Origin: Saprospiraceae bacterium
Lineage (GTDB): Bacteria; Bacteroidota; Bacteroidia; Chitinophagales; Saprospiraceae
Assembly: GCA_016716335.1 (NCBI GenBank)
Contig: JADJWN010000002.1
Location: 123,262-187,261 of the forward strand
Length of the DNA: 64,000 bases
Reading direction: 5' to 3'
Shown here: positions 1 to 10,961 of the stretch, piece after piece
Layout of the letters: each line of letters begins with the position of its first letter
Numbering within the stretch: position 1 is the first letter of the stretch
Made by a program: the position numbers and the translations under genes
Notes under the pieces: model-generated
Seen by the model: only the letters and a program-made list of their open reading frames with translations
What the model was told of the DNA's origin: nothing
The model's database searches: none

Positions 1-441
1 GGCTATTTTAGCAGGTACACCCAGCATGAGCACTGTTGAAAAAAGAGGAGCACTTCCTCCCGGGATGTACAGACCTACGCATTGAATGGGTACTGACTTC
101 TGACGGCACTCAACGCCTTGCATAGTCCCGACTTTTATTTCCGGTTGGACCTGTGCTGCATGAAAGCTGTGGATATGCTCAAAAGCAACATCAATGGCAT
201 TTTTAAGGTCCTGAGTGATCCCCGGACTGACATTTGTAAATTCAGAAAAATCAGCAGTAAACTGTTTCAATTTTACTTTATCAAATTGACATATGTAATC
301 CAGAACAGCCTGATCGCCAGATGTACGCACATTTTGAAATATTTCATCAATTACAGCATGAAGGTTGTGATACTGAATAACAGGCCTTTGGCAAAGTTTT
401 TCGAAATCAGATGGCCGGGGATTATTAATTATGGGCAGCAT
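1..441 (-). CDS. hisD: histidinol dehydrogenase, N-terminal part (gene continues past the left edge)
   Basis: The minus-strand ATG at 441 reads MLPIINNPRPSDFEKL... and ends at the window edge in GLYIPGGSAPLFSTVLMLGVPAKIA, a HisD-type motif. It lies directly downstream of hisG. It is absent from the ORF track because it is open-ended. Confidence 0.85.
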   Translation of the reverse strand, partial: MLPIINNPRPSDFEKLCQRPVIQYHNLHAVIDEIFQNVRTSGDQAVLDYICQFDKVKLKQFTADFSEFTNVSPGITQDLKNAIDVAFEHIHSFHAAQVQPEIKVGTMQGVECRQKSVPIQCVGLYIPGGSAPLFSTVLMLGVPAKIA

Positions 442-459
442 TTGCAGGATATATTATTG

Positions 460-1311
460 TCAAATAACCATATTTTGGATGGGAACTATCAGGATGCCCT
501 GAGCTCCTATGCTTTTAAGTTTTTGAATGACATTCCAGAAATCATTTACATGGATCACCGAATGCATCGAACTCCAGTCTTTATCCAGAAGAGGAAGTAC
601 TGTGGGACTTTTTAACACCGGCAGTATCTTTCCTGCTTCTTCGATTTTGTGATTGGGGACGTTGAACAGGATGTACCTGTTATTGCGGGCATGAAGTACT
701 GAGCTGATTCTGAACATCAGATTTTCGATCAATTCAGACTTTTCGAGTAGTGAATTCTTGTTGGCGGCAAGACAGGCTTCGGATTTCAGGATGACTTCCT
801 TTTCTGTCAGCCCGTTTTTGAATAAGGTGCTGCCGCTGCTTACGAGGTCGCATATGGCATCTGCCAAACCTATGTTTGGAGCTATCTCCACAGATCCGGA
901 GATTTCATGAATTTCTGCCCTTACTCCTTTTTGTCTGAGATATGAGCTTACGGTTTCAGGATAGGAGGTGGCAATTTTCTTTCCTTCCAGCGAGAATATA
1001 TTTAGATAGGCTGCATTCCTGGGTACGGCAATCGAAAGCCTGCATCTGGAAAAACCCAGTGGCATGAGTTCACGGACATCCCGGGATTGTTCTGCCAGCA
1101 GATTTTGGCCTATGATGGCAAGGTCCACCACGCCGTCCTCGAGGTATCCGGGTATATCGCTGTTGCGCAGGAAATATACCTCCGCATCAAAACCCATAAC
1201 TTCAGCCCTGAGCTGATCCAGTCCGTTATCTATATGCAGCCCGCAGGCATGCAGCAATTCGAGTGATTGCTCGTGCAGTCTTCCGGATTTTTGAATGGCT
1301 ATTTTCAGCAT
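460..1311 (-). CDS. hisG: ATP phosphoribosyltransferase, long form
   Basis: 283 aa starting MLKIAIQKSGRLHEQSLELL, with typical HisG sequence and length. It is followed by hisD. Confidence 0.9.
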   Translation of the reverse strand: MLKIAIQKSGRLHEQSLELLHACGLHIDNGLDQLRAEVMGFDAEVYFLRNSDIPGYLEDGVVDLAIIGQNLLAEQSRDVRELMPLGFSRCRLSIAVPRNAAYLNIFSLEGKKIATSYPETVSSYLRQKGVRAEIHEISGSVEIAPNIGLADAICDLVSSGSTLFKNGLTEKEVILKSEACLAANKNSLLEKSELIENLMFRISSVLHARNNRYILFNVPNHKIEEAGKILPVLKSPTVLPLLDKDWSSMHSVIHVNDFWNVIQKLKSIGAQGILIVPIQNMVI

Positions 1312-1545
1312 ATTTTAAAAATTGTTATAAAAAAAACGACTGCCGCACAATCAAGTGGGCAGTCGTCGTAATATGTTTAAAAAACCTTCTGTTCAATACA
1401 TCCGCTACTCACTTGATAAGTAAGAAACATGATGATGATGAATATGAAGGAAAGTATTCATAGACTAATTTGCTGCAAATCTAAAATGGATAATCCGGAA
1501 GTACGATAAGGATTTGGAATTTTTTTTTAAAAAAAATCTTGCAGG

Positions 1546-2763
1546 CTATTTATTCTTAAGGTAATCATTGATCATTTTTTCCAGTTGCTGCTCATTTTCT
1601 TCACTGTATCCTGTTTGGGTAAAAATTATTTTTCCTTCCTGATCTATCAGATATAGGCTGGGATAAACTTGAACATTATAAGTTTCTGCAACTTCTCTGG
1701 CTTTTAAAACTACAGGATATGATATATCCATGCTCTGTAAAAATGATTTCAGTACAGTATCTGCCTGGTCTAAAGGATTGACACCAATGATGATTAATCC
1801 TCGATGACGATACTTCCTGTCAAGGTTGTTTAATCCGGGAATGGCCTTTATACAGGGATAACAACTCCTGTAAAAGAAGTCGAGCAAAACCAGATTACCT
1901 CTGAGATCCTTGAGATGTAAGTTGGTTTCATCCGTAGTCGGAAGTGTCCAATCCGGTGCTTCGGTACCATCAGGAAGTAATGGAGGTATTTCATAGGGTG
2001 TATAGTCCTCAATTCTGTAATTAGACGGTATTGCATCTGAAGTAAAGAAGGTGTCATCTGCAGGAAGTATGGTATCCAGTTTGTGAAGTTCGAGTTTTTC
2101 AATCTGATAAAGTGTATCTTTATTGAATAACAGGTCGAAGACTTCCTCCATCTGCAAAGGCAAAAAGTCTCGCTGCGATATCCGGAATATATAACTGTGT
2201 CTGAGGGTGCTGATCATTTCAGCTGTATCCTCACGGGGATATTGATAAGCAGAAATTACAAAACAGGATGTTCCGTTCAGGACAGTATCCGGCAGCATAT
2301 TGAATTGATAAGGGTCGTTGGCTTGATTTTTCCATATGCTCAGAGGATTTTTTCTCGCTGAAACCAAGGGTCTGTAAAATGTGGTCTGACGGCACCTGTT
2401 TTTAATCTGCTGCGGCCACAAAGACTTGTCGGTTCTCGTACCGGTACTGTCTGCAGGGTTCAGCGTATAAAGTTCAGAACCGGTGTAAATCATTTCTGAT
2501 TTAAATCCATTACTGAATATGATGTGATTGTGAAATAAAAAGGGATGCAGGGTGTCTGAAAGGGTCTTGAAAAAATAGGTATGATTGTGGGATATGTTTG
2601 TGTCATTGTCATGCATATATTTCATGGATCTTATCATTTCATAATATCCTTTTTGTATGGATTGGCACTTATCGAATGACTTTTGCAGAATTTCCGTTTC
2701 AGACTGGCAAAATATCACGATCGGACAGATGAGTAGGTTCAGAACTGGAAATAAAATTTTCAA
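1546..2763 (-). CDS. secreted TlpA-like thioredoxin-fold (AhpC/TSA family) protein with an N-terminal extension
   Basis: It has a signal peptide. The C-terminal region LVLLDFFYRSCYPCIKAIP carries a CxxC motif typical of thiol-disulfide oxidoreductases. Confidence 0.7.
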   Translation of the reverse strand: MKILFPVLNLLICPIVIFCQSETEILQKSFDKCQSIQKGYYEMIRSMKYMHDNDTNISHNHTYFFKTLSDTLHPFLFHNHIIFSNGFKSEMIYTGSELYTLNPADSTGTRTDKSLWPQQIKNRCRQTTFYRPLVSARKNPLSIWKNQANDPYQFNMLPDTVLNGTSCFVISAYQYPREDTAEMISTLRHSYIFRISQRDFLPLQMEEVFDLLFNKDTLYQIEKLELHKLDTILPADDTFFTSDAIPSNYRIEDYTPYEIPPLLPDGTEAPDWTLPTTDETNLHLKDLRGNLVLLDFFYRSCYPCIKAIPGLNNLDRKYRHRGLIIIGVNPLDQADTVLKSFLQSMDISYPVVLKAREVAETYNVQVYPSLYLIDQEGKIIFTQTGYSEENEQQLEKMINDYLKNK

Positions 2764-3029
2764 TTTTAAATGATTTATATGTTAGCAAAATTATACCAAA
2801 AGAGGCAATTTGTTGGAATTTAAATTCAGTATTTTATAAAACTACTTGATGTTTGGCTCTGAATCTCGCCAGGAAATAGATTGGCTGTAATCCAATGTAG
2901 CAGGACTAATTGGTCCACTGGCAAAATTTGTGAGAGAGGGATATGAAACTTTTTTATGACTATTTATTTTTCTCAACTTCAGAATGAAATCTGCCCGCAT
3001 TGATTCAGGTAAGTTTTATTTTCAGAAAT

Positions 3030-4577
3030 TTAATGATTTATTACTATTTTCCTGATATCAATATTTTCAAAATTTATATCAACAATTTTGATAAAGTATA
3101 TACCTGATTTTATTTTATTTATCAGAATAGTAGTTTCATTTTCAGACGTTAAAATTTCTTTACCTTCAATATTGAATAGATAGAATCTAAAATTCTGTGA
3201 CGGGCTAATATCAATTTGGATTATTTTATCAGCCGGATTCGGAAAAATATTGATTCTCCTTCTTTCCATTTCAAGTGTTGATGTAATCAAATCTACCCCA
3301 TCACAATCTTCATCAATATCATTATCTGGAATTTCTACAGCATTGGGATTTATGGCGGGATCTGAGTCGTCACAATCATCAATGGCAAGAAATCCGTCCT
3401 GATCCAGATCGTCATCAGGAGTCAAAGGATTACAATCATCATCCAGTCCATTGTAAGGAATTTCAGCTGCATTGGGATTAATACCGGGATCTGAGTCGTC
3501 ACAATCATCAACGGCAAGAAATCCGTCCTGATCCAGATCGTCATCAGGAGTCAGAGGATTACAATCATCATCTAGTCCATTGTAAGGAATTTCCTTATGA
3601 TTTGGATGAATTTCGGGATTGTCATCATTACAATCCAGCTCAAAGCATGGCAAAATCATAATTTCTGCAAAATTTCCGGTGCATTGATGACTTACATAAA
3701 TTGCATCGAACATGCTGATGTTGTTATAATGAAAAATGAAGTTTTCTCCGTCATAACTGATGGAATCTTGCGGTATAATCCTGCTGAAACAATCCGGAGA
3801 AGAACTTAATATGAAACTTTTTGACCCTATTGGATTAAACACTTTTAAAGTATCGCAACTTCTGACTTTAAAAAACTTTGTATTTCCAGGTTGATTATTA
3901 TAACCCAAATTTATTTATGCTGTCCGGGGAATATAATTGCCAAAGCCATCATTGTCATTGTCTATGCCGTATTCAAACTGGCAATTGCAATATGAAGTAT
4001 TTTCAAAATTAATACTAATCTTTCTATTGTCAGGTAATAAAGTACACCCATGCAAAAGACCTCCATCAGGAAATCTGGTTTTGAATAATCCCAATCTAAG
4101 GTCTCCTACTCCTTCTATCCATTGTATGGTATCATATTCATCCCTGTTTAGTTTATAACTGAGTACCAGTTTCCAGACTGAATCTCCTACTAAATTTAAA
4201 ATCCTTTCTTTTTTAATAACCTTTAGTGAATCTGTGTCTTTATATTGTTTGTTGACAAATCTTTGACCCTCATTAAGAGTAAAATCATATTCCAAACTTT
4301 CAACAAAACCTGGAACCTGAAAATCATAGCCATAATTGTAAATTTTTCCGTTTTCACTTCTGTAATGGAGAAAACCGTTGGTAACATATTTTTGAGCACC
4401 TATTAAAGTATCTCTGCCAAAAGTCACGGTTGAAATTTCAGTCAGTAGCTGAACTCCCGTCCAGGAATAAAAAGTGTAAGTTTGTTTCCAACCTACAAAC
4501 GGGAAATCATAATACTGAGCAAATGCTTTATTGGAAATAACTGTTAAAATGATAGAAATATAACAAAGGCTTCTCAT
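3030..4577 (-). pseudogene. T9SS-secreted protein with Cys/Asp-rich putative metal-binding repeats, split by one in-frame TAA
   Basis: ORFs 3915..4577 (signal peptide) and 3030..3908 (T9SS C-terminal sorting domain, no signal peptide) are in the same frame. They are separated only by a TAA at 3915-3917. Confidence 0.6.
3357..3596. repeat. 129-bp tandem duplication inside the coding sequence (43-aa repeat IPYNGLDDDCNPLTPDDDLDQDGFL..DDCDDSDP.INPNA)
   Basis: Two near-identical copies start at 3357 and 3486. Confidence 0.85.
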
Positions 4578-4682
4578 ATTAAATCCCGTTACTGGTTGGT
4601 TACGAAAAATTCTCAGCAGATGACAAAAAATAAATAGCCAGGCGTAATTGTTTGATACATAGCAAACTAAATCTAAATTAAG

Positions 4683-4970
4683 ATGGTAACAAGTAAAGAT
4701 ACAAATCTTACCCGGGAATTTTATCAGAACCTACCTGCTTTAACAAAACCGGTCACTGATTTTATTGCACTGTTTGTTTTATCCATCCTAAAAACAGGAA
4801 CAGTCAACGTGCTAAAAGGTGCAATCAGAATGTCCACCGATGCAGATACCCATTCGAACTTTTCCAATGCCTGTACACGATGTGAATTTGTTTATATCAG
4901 AATGTCCACCGATGCAGATACCCATTCGAACTATCGAAAGATTCAACGGTTTATGGATCAGGTAAGGTAG
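4683..4970 (+). pseudogene. DDE transposase N-terminal remnant (IS4-like, family uncertain) with an internal duplication
   Basis: The motif THSNYRKIQRF resembles transposase N-termini. A 37-bp segment at 4824-4860 is repeated at 4896-4932. More out-of-frame transposase-like pieces follow to about 5075. Confidence 0.45.
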
Positions 4971-5212
4971 TGTTACCAAAGCCAGGCACCTTTGATATTA
5001 TAATGGAGTGGTATTAACGGACCTCTGACCTTGGTGACAGACAGGACGAACCGGAAGTTGGGAAAGAGTGACGGTCTTGCCCTCAATTAAATGCGAACAC
5101 TGAATAAGCTTAAATATTCTAAAAATTTAACAACAAAGAATTGCTTATAAAGCAGGAGTAAGCTATATTTGTAAAATGAAATTTTCATTATGATGAAAAT
5201 CACAAAACAAAA

Positions 5213-5239
5213 CAACACAACACAACACAACACAACACA
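5213..5239. repeat. pentanucleotide microsatellite (CAACA)x5
   Basis: It reads caacacaacacaacacaacacaacaca and lies about 105 bp upstream of the ATG at 5343. Confidence 0.9.
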
Positions 5240-5342
5240 GCTACCTGTGTCAGCGCTTGTCGTTTGAGCCGCCTTAAAAGAACAGGAAAGTCTACCCCGA
5301 TCCGGTTATTAAGATTTTCTTATTCTTTTAAATTTACAGATC

Positions 5343-6035
5343 ATGAAAAAATTAATTTTTGTTTTGATGTTTAATACTTTTTTATATAATTTCATTGGGG
5401 CTCAGTGTGGATTTGAATCTATTACAGTAGATAGTTGTTGTGTTACAGTCACAGTAAAAGAAAATGAACATCCAAGATGGATATTGGATTTTGATAAAGA
5501 TACATCATTTCTGAGTACTTGGTTATCATCCAGTACTGTTAGTTATTGTTTTGACACCGTAGGTTTATATGATATTACTGTAACCTATTATAATTCTTCA
5601 GGAAATCCGGTTTGTGGGGCAACACAAGCTGTCATGGTTGATACTATGTGTAATTTCCCATGTGTACAATGGATATGCTGGGATATGTTGGCTCATTGTT
5701 GTATTCTTGATACGATTACAGGATTTGAGATTATTGTAAACGGTAGTTCGATAGTAATACCCCTTACGCATACCTATGTTGCCGGTGCATATCAGTGGCT
5801 GGGAGATACTTTGGTTACCATCATGGAGAGCTACGGTTATGGGGGTGAGTTTTACAGTTATCATGAAACCGAAGAATGCAAAAAAGGAAATGATGTTATT
5901 CCGGGATTTTTCTTTGTAAATTCATCCATTCAGATAGTGGGTATAATAGGTTTGGTAGATTGTAATTTTCCCGGCACTCCACCGGATTGGATGGAAACAA
6001 AAGTAGGATTCAATTCAATAAAATGTGATTTTTAG
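5343..6035 (+). CDS. hypothetical secreted Cys-rich protein
   Basis: It has a signal peptide, MKKLIFVLMFNTFLYNFIGAQ. No domain was recognised. Confidence 0.55.
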   Translation: MKKLIFVLMFNTFLYNFIGAQCGFESITVDSCCVTVTVKENEHPRWILDFDKDTSFLSTWLSSSTVSYCFDTVGLYDITVTYYNSSGNPVCGATQAVMVDTMCNFPCVQWICWDMLAHCCILDTITGFEIIVNGSSIVIPLTHTYVAGAYQWLGDTLVTIMESYGYGGEFYSYHETEECKKGNDVIPGFFFVNSSIQIVGIIGLVDCNFPGTPPDWMETKVGFNSIKCDF

Positions 6036-6143
6036 TTTGAAAACATTGTAAGTATAGTTTGGTTTTTTAATCAGACTATGCTTGCAATATCATTTAAAAT
6101 TCAACATTCATAAATTTATTTCACGCATAAACAACATCCAAAG

Positions 6144-7934
6144 ATGTATAAAATAATATCAGCAATTCAACTTCTGTTGTTTTTAGTACACGGCTTCAAA
6201 CTTACATCCCAATCCTGCCCTATTGGATCCATTACCTTGGATAAGCAATCAGTAATCGATAGTTTTGTCATAAAGTATCCTGATTGTTCTGAATTAAATT
6301 TTCCAATCAGGATATTTGGATCAGGTATAAATAATTTCTCAGGTCTTCGCAATTTAAGAAGAATAAATTCCAATCTTGTACTTGAAAATCTTCCTGATCT
6401 TACAAGTCTGGCGGGATTAGATTCTGTCTTGATCTTAAATAGCCTTAGGATTAATAACGTACCGGAATTGGTCTCATTAAGTGCTTTGAGTAATGTCAAA
6501 GAAATAGATTTTGTTAGAATAGAGAATAATTTACGTCTGCAAGGATTTGATGGAATAGATTTGAAATCCAAAGATATATTTATTCATAATAATGCTTCAC
6601 TTTATGAGATTAACGGTATTCATACTCCGGATACAGCTACAAATATCAGGATCACATCTAATCCACGATTGAATTGGATCAGAAATTTTGAGAACTTAAA
6701 AGTTTTAACCGGTACATTAAATTTATCAGACAATCAGGCAGTCCGGCACCTTGACAACTTTAATTATTTAGTTAGAATTAACGGATCATTAATTATTGAA
6801 GATATTGACTCTACTGAGTATTTACCGGACTTTGATAGCTTGCAGTATGTAGGTACAGACATACGTATATCAGGTAATAACACAGGCTCATTTATTAACA
6901 AGACTAAAAACATACCTTTGTTTCCAAACCTGATATATGTCGGAAGAGAGATTAAATTAAGACTTTTAATAAATAGTGAGGTGGGAGAATATTCAGGATT
7001 TAATAATCTTGAATCAGTAAGAGACATAACTTTTAATTTGAATGCATGTACTCATTTGTCGGCATTTAATAAGTTAACTGATGTTCCAGGTAGAATCAAT
7101 ATAGATGGACATTATAATATGTATGATATCAATGGTTTTAAAAATCTGCAGACAGCCGGAGAAATATACGTTAAGGCCAATGTTGAATTAGCAAAATTTA
7201 CAGGGTTCAGTAAATTAAAAAGGGTAGAAAAAGATATAATTCTACAGTCTGCTTCCATTAATCTGGAGTCTTTTGAAGGATTAGCCCAGCTGGAATATGT
7301 AGGCAAAGGATTTAAATTGAATCTCAACAGAAATCTCAGGAGTCTCGGTCTTAAGAATCTTAAGTATGTCGGGGGAGATTTTTGGTTGCAGGATTCTGAC
7401 AGACTGAAGAATCTGGATGAATTGTCCACACTTACTACTGTGTTAGGAGAGCTCTATATTTTTCATAATGACCATCTTGAAGATATCACAGGATTGTCCA
7501 ATATAGACTATAGCGGAGTGACAACAATAGACTTCAGAGCACATCCCAGGACGACATTTTGCGCCATCAAGCTATTCTGCGATTACCTGACAGAAAAGCC
7601 GGATAGTCCTTTTAAAGTAGGTGGTAACGGCACAGGATGCAATACAAGAGAAGAAATATTGGAGCAGTGCCGCCTTGTCAGCACAACAGACATGCATGAA
7701 AGTGAGGATATCGTCATCTTTCCCAATCCTGCTGCCACGGAGATTTATATCAAAGTAGCTTCTGGCAGCAATGTACGTGATATAAGGGTCTATAATCTGT
7801 CAGGACAGCTTATCCATTATGACCGTGTACAGAATGGCCGGCTTGACATCAGTCGTCTCAGCTCCGGAGTATATATTGCCGGAATACAGACGGACGAAGG
7901 GAATGTAGTGCAGAAGAAGCTGGTGGTGTTGTGA
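6144..7934 (+). CDS. leucine-rich-repeat-like surface protein with a T9SS C-terminal sorting domain
   Basis: It has a signal peptide and many roughly 22-aa L/N-rich repeats. The C-terminus is IVIFPNPAATEIYIKV...GVYIAGIQTDEGNVVQKKLVVL. Confidence 0.7.
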   Translation: MYKIISAIQLLLFLVHGFKLTSQSCPIGSITLDKQSVIDSFVIKYPDCSELNFPIRIFGSGINNFSGLRNLRRINSNLVLENLPDLTSLAGLDSVLILNSLRINNVPELVSLSALSNVKEIDFVRIENNLRLQGFDGIDLKSKDIFIHNNASLYEINGIHTPDTATNIRITSNPRLNWIRNFENLKVLTGTLNLSDNQAVRHLDNFNYLVRINGSLIIEDIDSTEYLPDFDSLQYVGTDIRISGNNTGSFINKTKNIPLFPNLIYVGREIKLRLLINSEVGEYSGFNNLESVRDITFNLNACTHLSAFNKLTDVPGRINIDGHYNMYDINGFKNLQTAGEIYVKANVELAKFTGFSKLKRVEKDIILQSASINLESFEGLAQLEYVGKGFKLNLNRNLRSLGLKNLKYVGGDFWLQDSDRLKNLDELSTLTTVLGELYIFHNDHLEDITGLSNIDYSGVTTIDFRAHPRTTFCAIKLFCDYLTEKPDSPFKVGGNGTGCNTREEILEQCRLVSTTDMHESEDIVIFPNPAATEIYIKVASGSNVRDIRVYNLSGQLIHYDRVQNGRLDISRLSSGVYIAGIQTDEGNVVQKKLVVL

Positions 7935-8628
7935 ATTGCTGATTTAAGGTTACGATAGCTATTCGGGATGCCCTCATGCTGTCCCGCCGCCATTCAAAAT
8001 AATCTAAATATTTAACAACAAAGAACTTGCTTAAAATTATGGGGCTTTGGCTGTGTATATTTCACTACTCCTCATTTTGTATAATAATTAAGTGTAGTTA
8101 TGTACTATCACAGAGCCAACTTTAAAAAGTCAGAATAAAAAAACAGTCCTGCGAAACTTATATATATGCAAAACTGAGTTGAACTTTCAGTTCAGAAATT
8201 ACAGGAAGCCCCTACCCAATATTGCAATACGTTTCCCAGCAGATCTCTGGCCCGATCACTGGAAATATACAGCTATTCAAGCCCAAATTTCCATTTTCCA
8301 AATCCATTTACATATCCTGTACTGATCAGCGGGGTGCATACACTGGTTGCAAATTGGACACAGGATTAACCCTTGAAAGTTTTTGCCAAAAACCTAAAGG
8401 CAGGTAAGCCATGCCTGAGGCAGACCAACAAATAAGTTTAAACTACTAATTATTGAGCTAAATCTGCATCTATCTCATAATAGTGATAAAGGCTGCTTTC
8501 AGATGAGTACCGGGATCCAGTTTTAATAAATTGTTAATTAATATCGAATCCGGTGACCTTTTTATGTCTGCAAAGTCACAAGATAGTCTTTCAAAATCAT
8601 ATTTTTTAATCATTAAAACAACTTAAAA

Positions 8629-9869
8629 ATGTCAATCAACTTAATCGATTTATTTAAAGATGAGGTGTCAGATCAACTTGTTAAGCACGCCGGTGCATAT
8701 CTTGGCGAGTCTGAATCGAGTGTCACATCTGCATTAGGCGGCATTGTGCCAGCTTTGCTCGGCAGTATGATTCAAAAATCTTCTACGCCGTCAGGAGCAC
8801 AGGGGCTGATGGATTTAATTGGTAAGCTTGATATAGGAAGTTTAAGCAATGTTGCAGGATTGCTGGGTGGTGGGCAAAGTAGTGTCAACAGCCTTTTAGA
8901 TTCCGGTTCGGGTATTGTAGGTATGCTTTTAGGTGCTAAATCTGATAGTATATTGGACTCTATCGGCAAGCTGAGTGGTCTTAAAAACAGCAACAACACC
9001 GGTGCACTGATGAAGATGGCTGCTCCGCTTCTTATGGGACTTATCGGCAAGCAGATAAAGGGTAAGGGTCTGAATGGTTTAGTGGATTTGCTGGCAGGTC
9101 AGAAAAGTTTTGTAAAAGCTGCACTGCCTTCAGGATTGTCATCGGTATTGAATTTTGGTGATTTCAGTATGCCTAAGGCCAATGTCAACATGCCTTTGGG
9201 CTCGGGTGGTAACAACAGTGGAATGGATTGGCTCAAATGGGCACTTGGAGCATTGTTGGCCCTTGCCGTAATTTATTGGCTGGCTTCTAAAGGTTGTGGC
9301 AGTAAAGTTGAAAATGCTGTGCAGGATGCAGTTGACCAAACAGCATCCACCATTTCTGAAACTGCTCAGACCGCCACCGACGCTGCGGGCAATGCAGCCG
9401 GTGCTGTGAGCAATTTCTTTAAAAGACATTGTCCAGCGGGTTCGAATTGTTGAATGCGAATGAAAATGGAATCGAAAGTCAGTTGATTGCATTTATTGAA
9501 GATAATTCCAGACCCGTAGATAAAGAGACATGGTTTAACTTTGACAGATTGCTTTTTGATACAGGTAAATCAACTCTGCAACCTTCAAGTCAGGAGCAGT
9601 TGACCAATGTAGCTGAGATCCTCAAAGCATTTCCGAAAGTAAAATTGAAGATCGGAGGCTATACTGACAACGTGGGTGATCCTAAAGCCAACTTAAAACT
9701 GAGTACAGACAGAGCCTTCAATGTAATGAATGAACTCATTGCTAAAGGCATTGATAAATCAAGGCTGTCTGCGGAAGGCTATGGAGATAAGCACCCTGTT
9801 GCAAGCAATGATACTGAAGAAGGAAGACAACAAAACAGGAGAATTGCTGTAAGAGTAACGGAAAAGTAA
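8629..9869 (+). CDS. DUF937-like / OmpA C-terminal domain protein, reading frame broken at an A-run
   Basis: ORFs 8629..9453 and 9429..9869 join into one protein (..SNFFKKTLSSGFELLNANENG..) if the A4 run at 9421-9424 is A5. The C-terminus has an OmpA peptidoglycan-binding motif (GYTDNVGD...NRRIAV). Confidence 0.7.
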
Positions 9870-9978
9870 TACTTTGAGGCTTACGTACATAAATCAGTAT
9901 TGAACCCCTGCTTTCTTTTTGTTATTGAGTATTTGAATGGTTCTGCAATAATTTGTATTTTTTCATTTTCTTCTGAAT

Positions 9979-10014
9979 AAAGTCACTTTGTTGATTACAA
10001 AGTGGCTTTTTTAT
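9979..10014 (+). terminator. rho-independent terminator after the OmpA-domain gene
   Basis: The stem aagtcactttg / caaagtggctt is followed by a T-run. Confidence 0.6.
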
Positions 10015-10230
10015 TGTAATAATTTGCCTGATTACCATAAAGAATGTATTTAAGGCTGTGTGATACTATCAAAATGAATAATCAATTCATGCACCATTTA
10101 CCACAGTTATTCACTTTATGTGTTTTTCAGGTTTCAGGGAGAAACCTCTTATTCGTATATAAATAAAAAATAGTTTTAATATTATCTATTGTCAAGGTAA
10201 TTATTGTAAATAAATATTGATTTGTAATAC

Positions 10231-10269
10231 AAAAAGCCCCCTGAACTTTTGAAAGAGCTCAGGGGGCTT
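10231..10269 (-). terminator. rho-independent terminator after hsp20
   Basis: The 9-bp GC-rich stem gccccctga / tcagggggc is followed by TTTTT on the minus strand. Confidence 0.7.
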
Positions 10270-10296
10270 TGAGGTCGTAACTTCCGCCAACTACCT

Positions 10297-10725
10297 TTAC
10301 TTGATTTCTATCTTTTTGGCTTCTGCTTTCTTAGCAGGCTCTTTCTTCGGAAGTTTCAATTCCAGTACACCATCCTTATAGCTTGCCGCAATCTTATCTG
10401 CTTCAATGTCATCCGGTACGGTGAAACTTCTGCTGAAAGAACTGAAACTGTACTCCTTGCGGGTAAACTTTTCATCTTTTTCTTCTTTTTCTTCTTTCTT
10501 TTCTGATGAAATCGTCAGCATATTGCCGTCCAGATCAATCTTGAAATCTTCTTTCTTCATTCCGGGTACCGCAAGTGATACCTTGTAAGCATCCTTGGAT
10601 TCTGAAATGTTGACAGCCGGCACATTCCACACATTACCACCATCAAACCACTCGTTCCACGGCTTGAAAAAGTCATTGAAAACAGAAGGAAATAACGGGT
10701 TGGTTCTTACAACATTCTTGCTCAT
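10297..10725 (-). CDS. Hsp20/alpha-crystallin small heat-shock protein
   Basis: 142 aa. The alpha-crystallin core reads AVNISESKDAYKVSLAVPGMKKEDFKIDL...ASYKDGVLELKLPK. Confidence 0.9.
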   Translation of the reverse strand: MSKNVVRTNPLFPSVFNDFFKPWNEWFDGGNVWNVPAVNISESKDAYKVSLAVPGMKKEDFKIDLDGNMLTISSEKKEEKEEKDEKFTRKEYSFSSFSRSFTVPDDIEADKIAASYKDGVLELKLPKKEPAKKAEAKKIEIK

Positions 10726-10961
10726 ATATCAATATTTATAGGGTGAACAATTATTGTTTTTTTACACTACAAATGTACTCGTGTATCAAGGATCAAATCA
10801 TTGATATATGACAATCTAATGATTGATGTTCATCAGTTTTTGAAGTGACAAAAATCCAATTTTCACCAAATATCCGGTCAACACCTCCTTTATTTCAAAC
10901 CAAATGCTGCCTGCCACTTAAATGCGCAGAGTGAAGTGCTTTATTTTACAGATTATAAGTG

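Noticed and set aside
118-615. 165-aa plus-strand ORF at the left edge.
   Set aside because: It lies antisense to the clear hisD N-terminus and the hisG C-terminus, and its sequence is low-complexity and non-protein-like.
8041-8628. A 590-bp ORF-poor region upstream of the DUF937/OmpA gene, considered as a possible ncRNA or riboswitch.
   Set aside because: I could not find convincing conserved stems or known motif signatures by eye. It may simply be promoter or leader sequence plus an IS-end relic.
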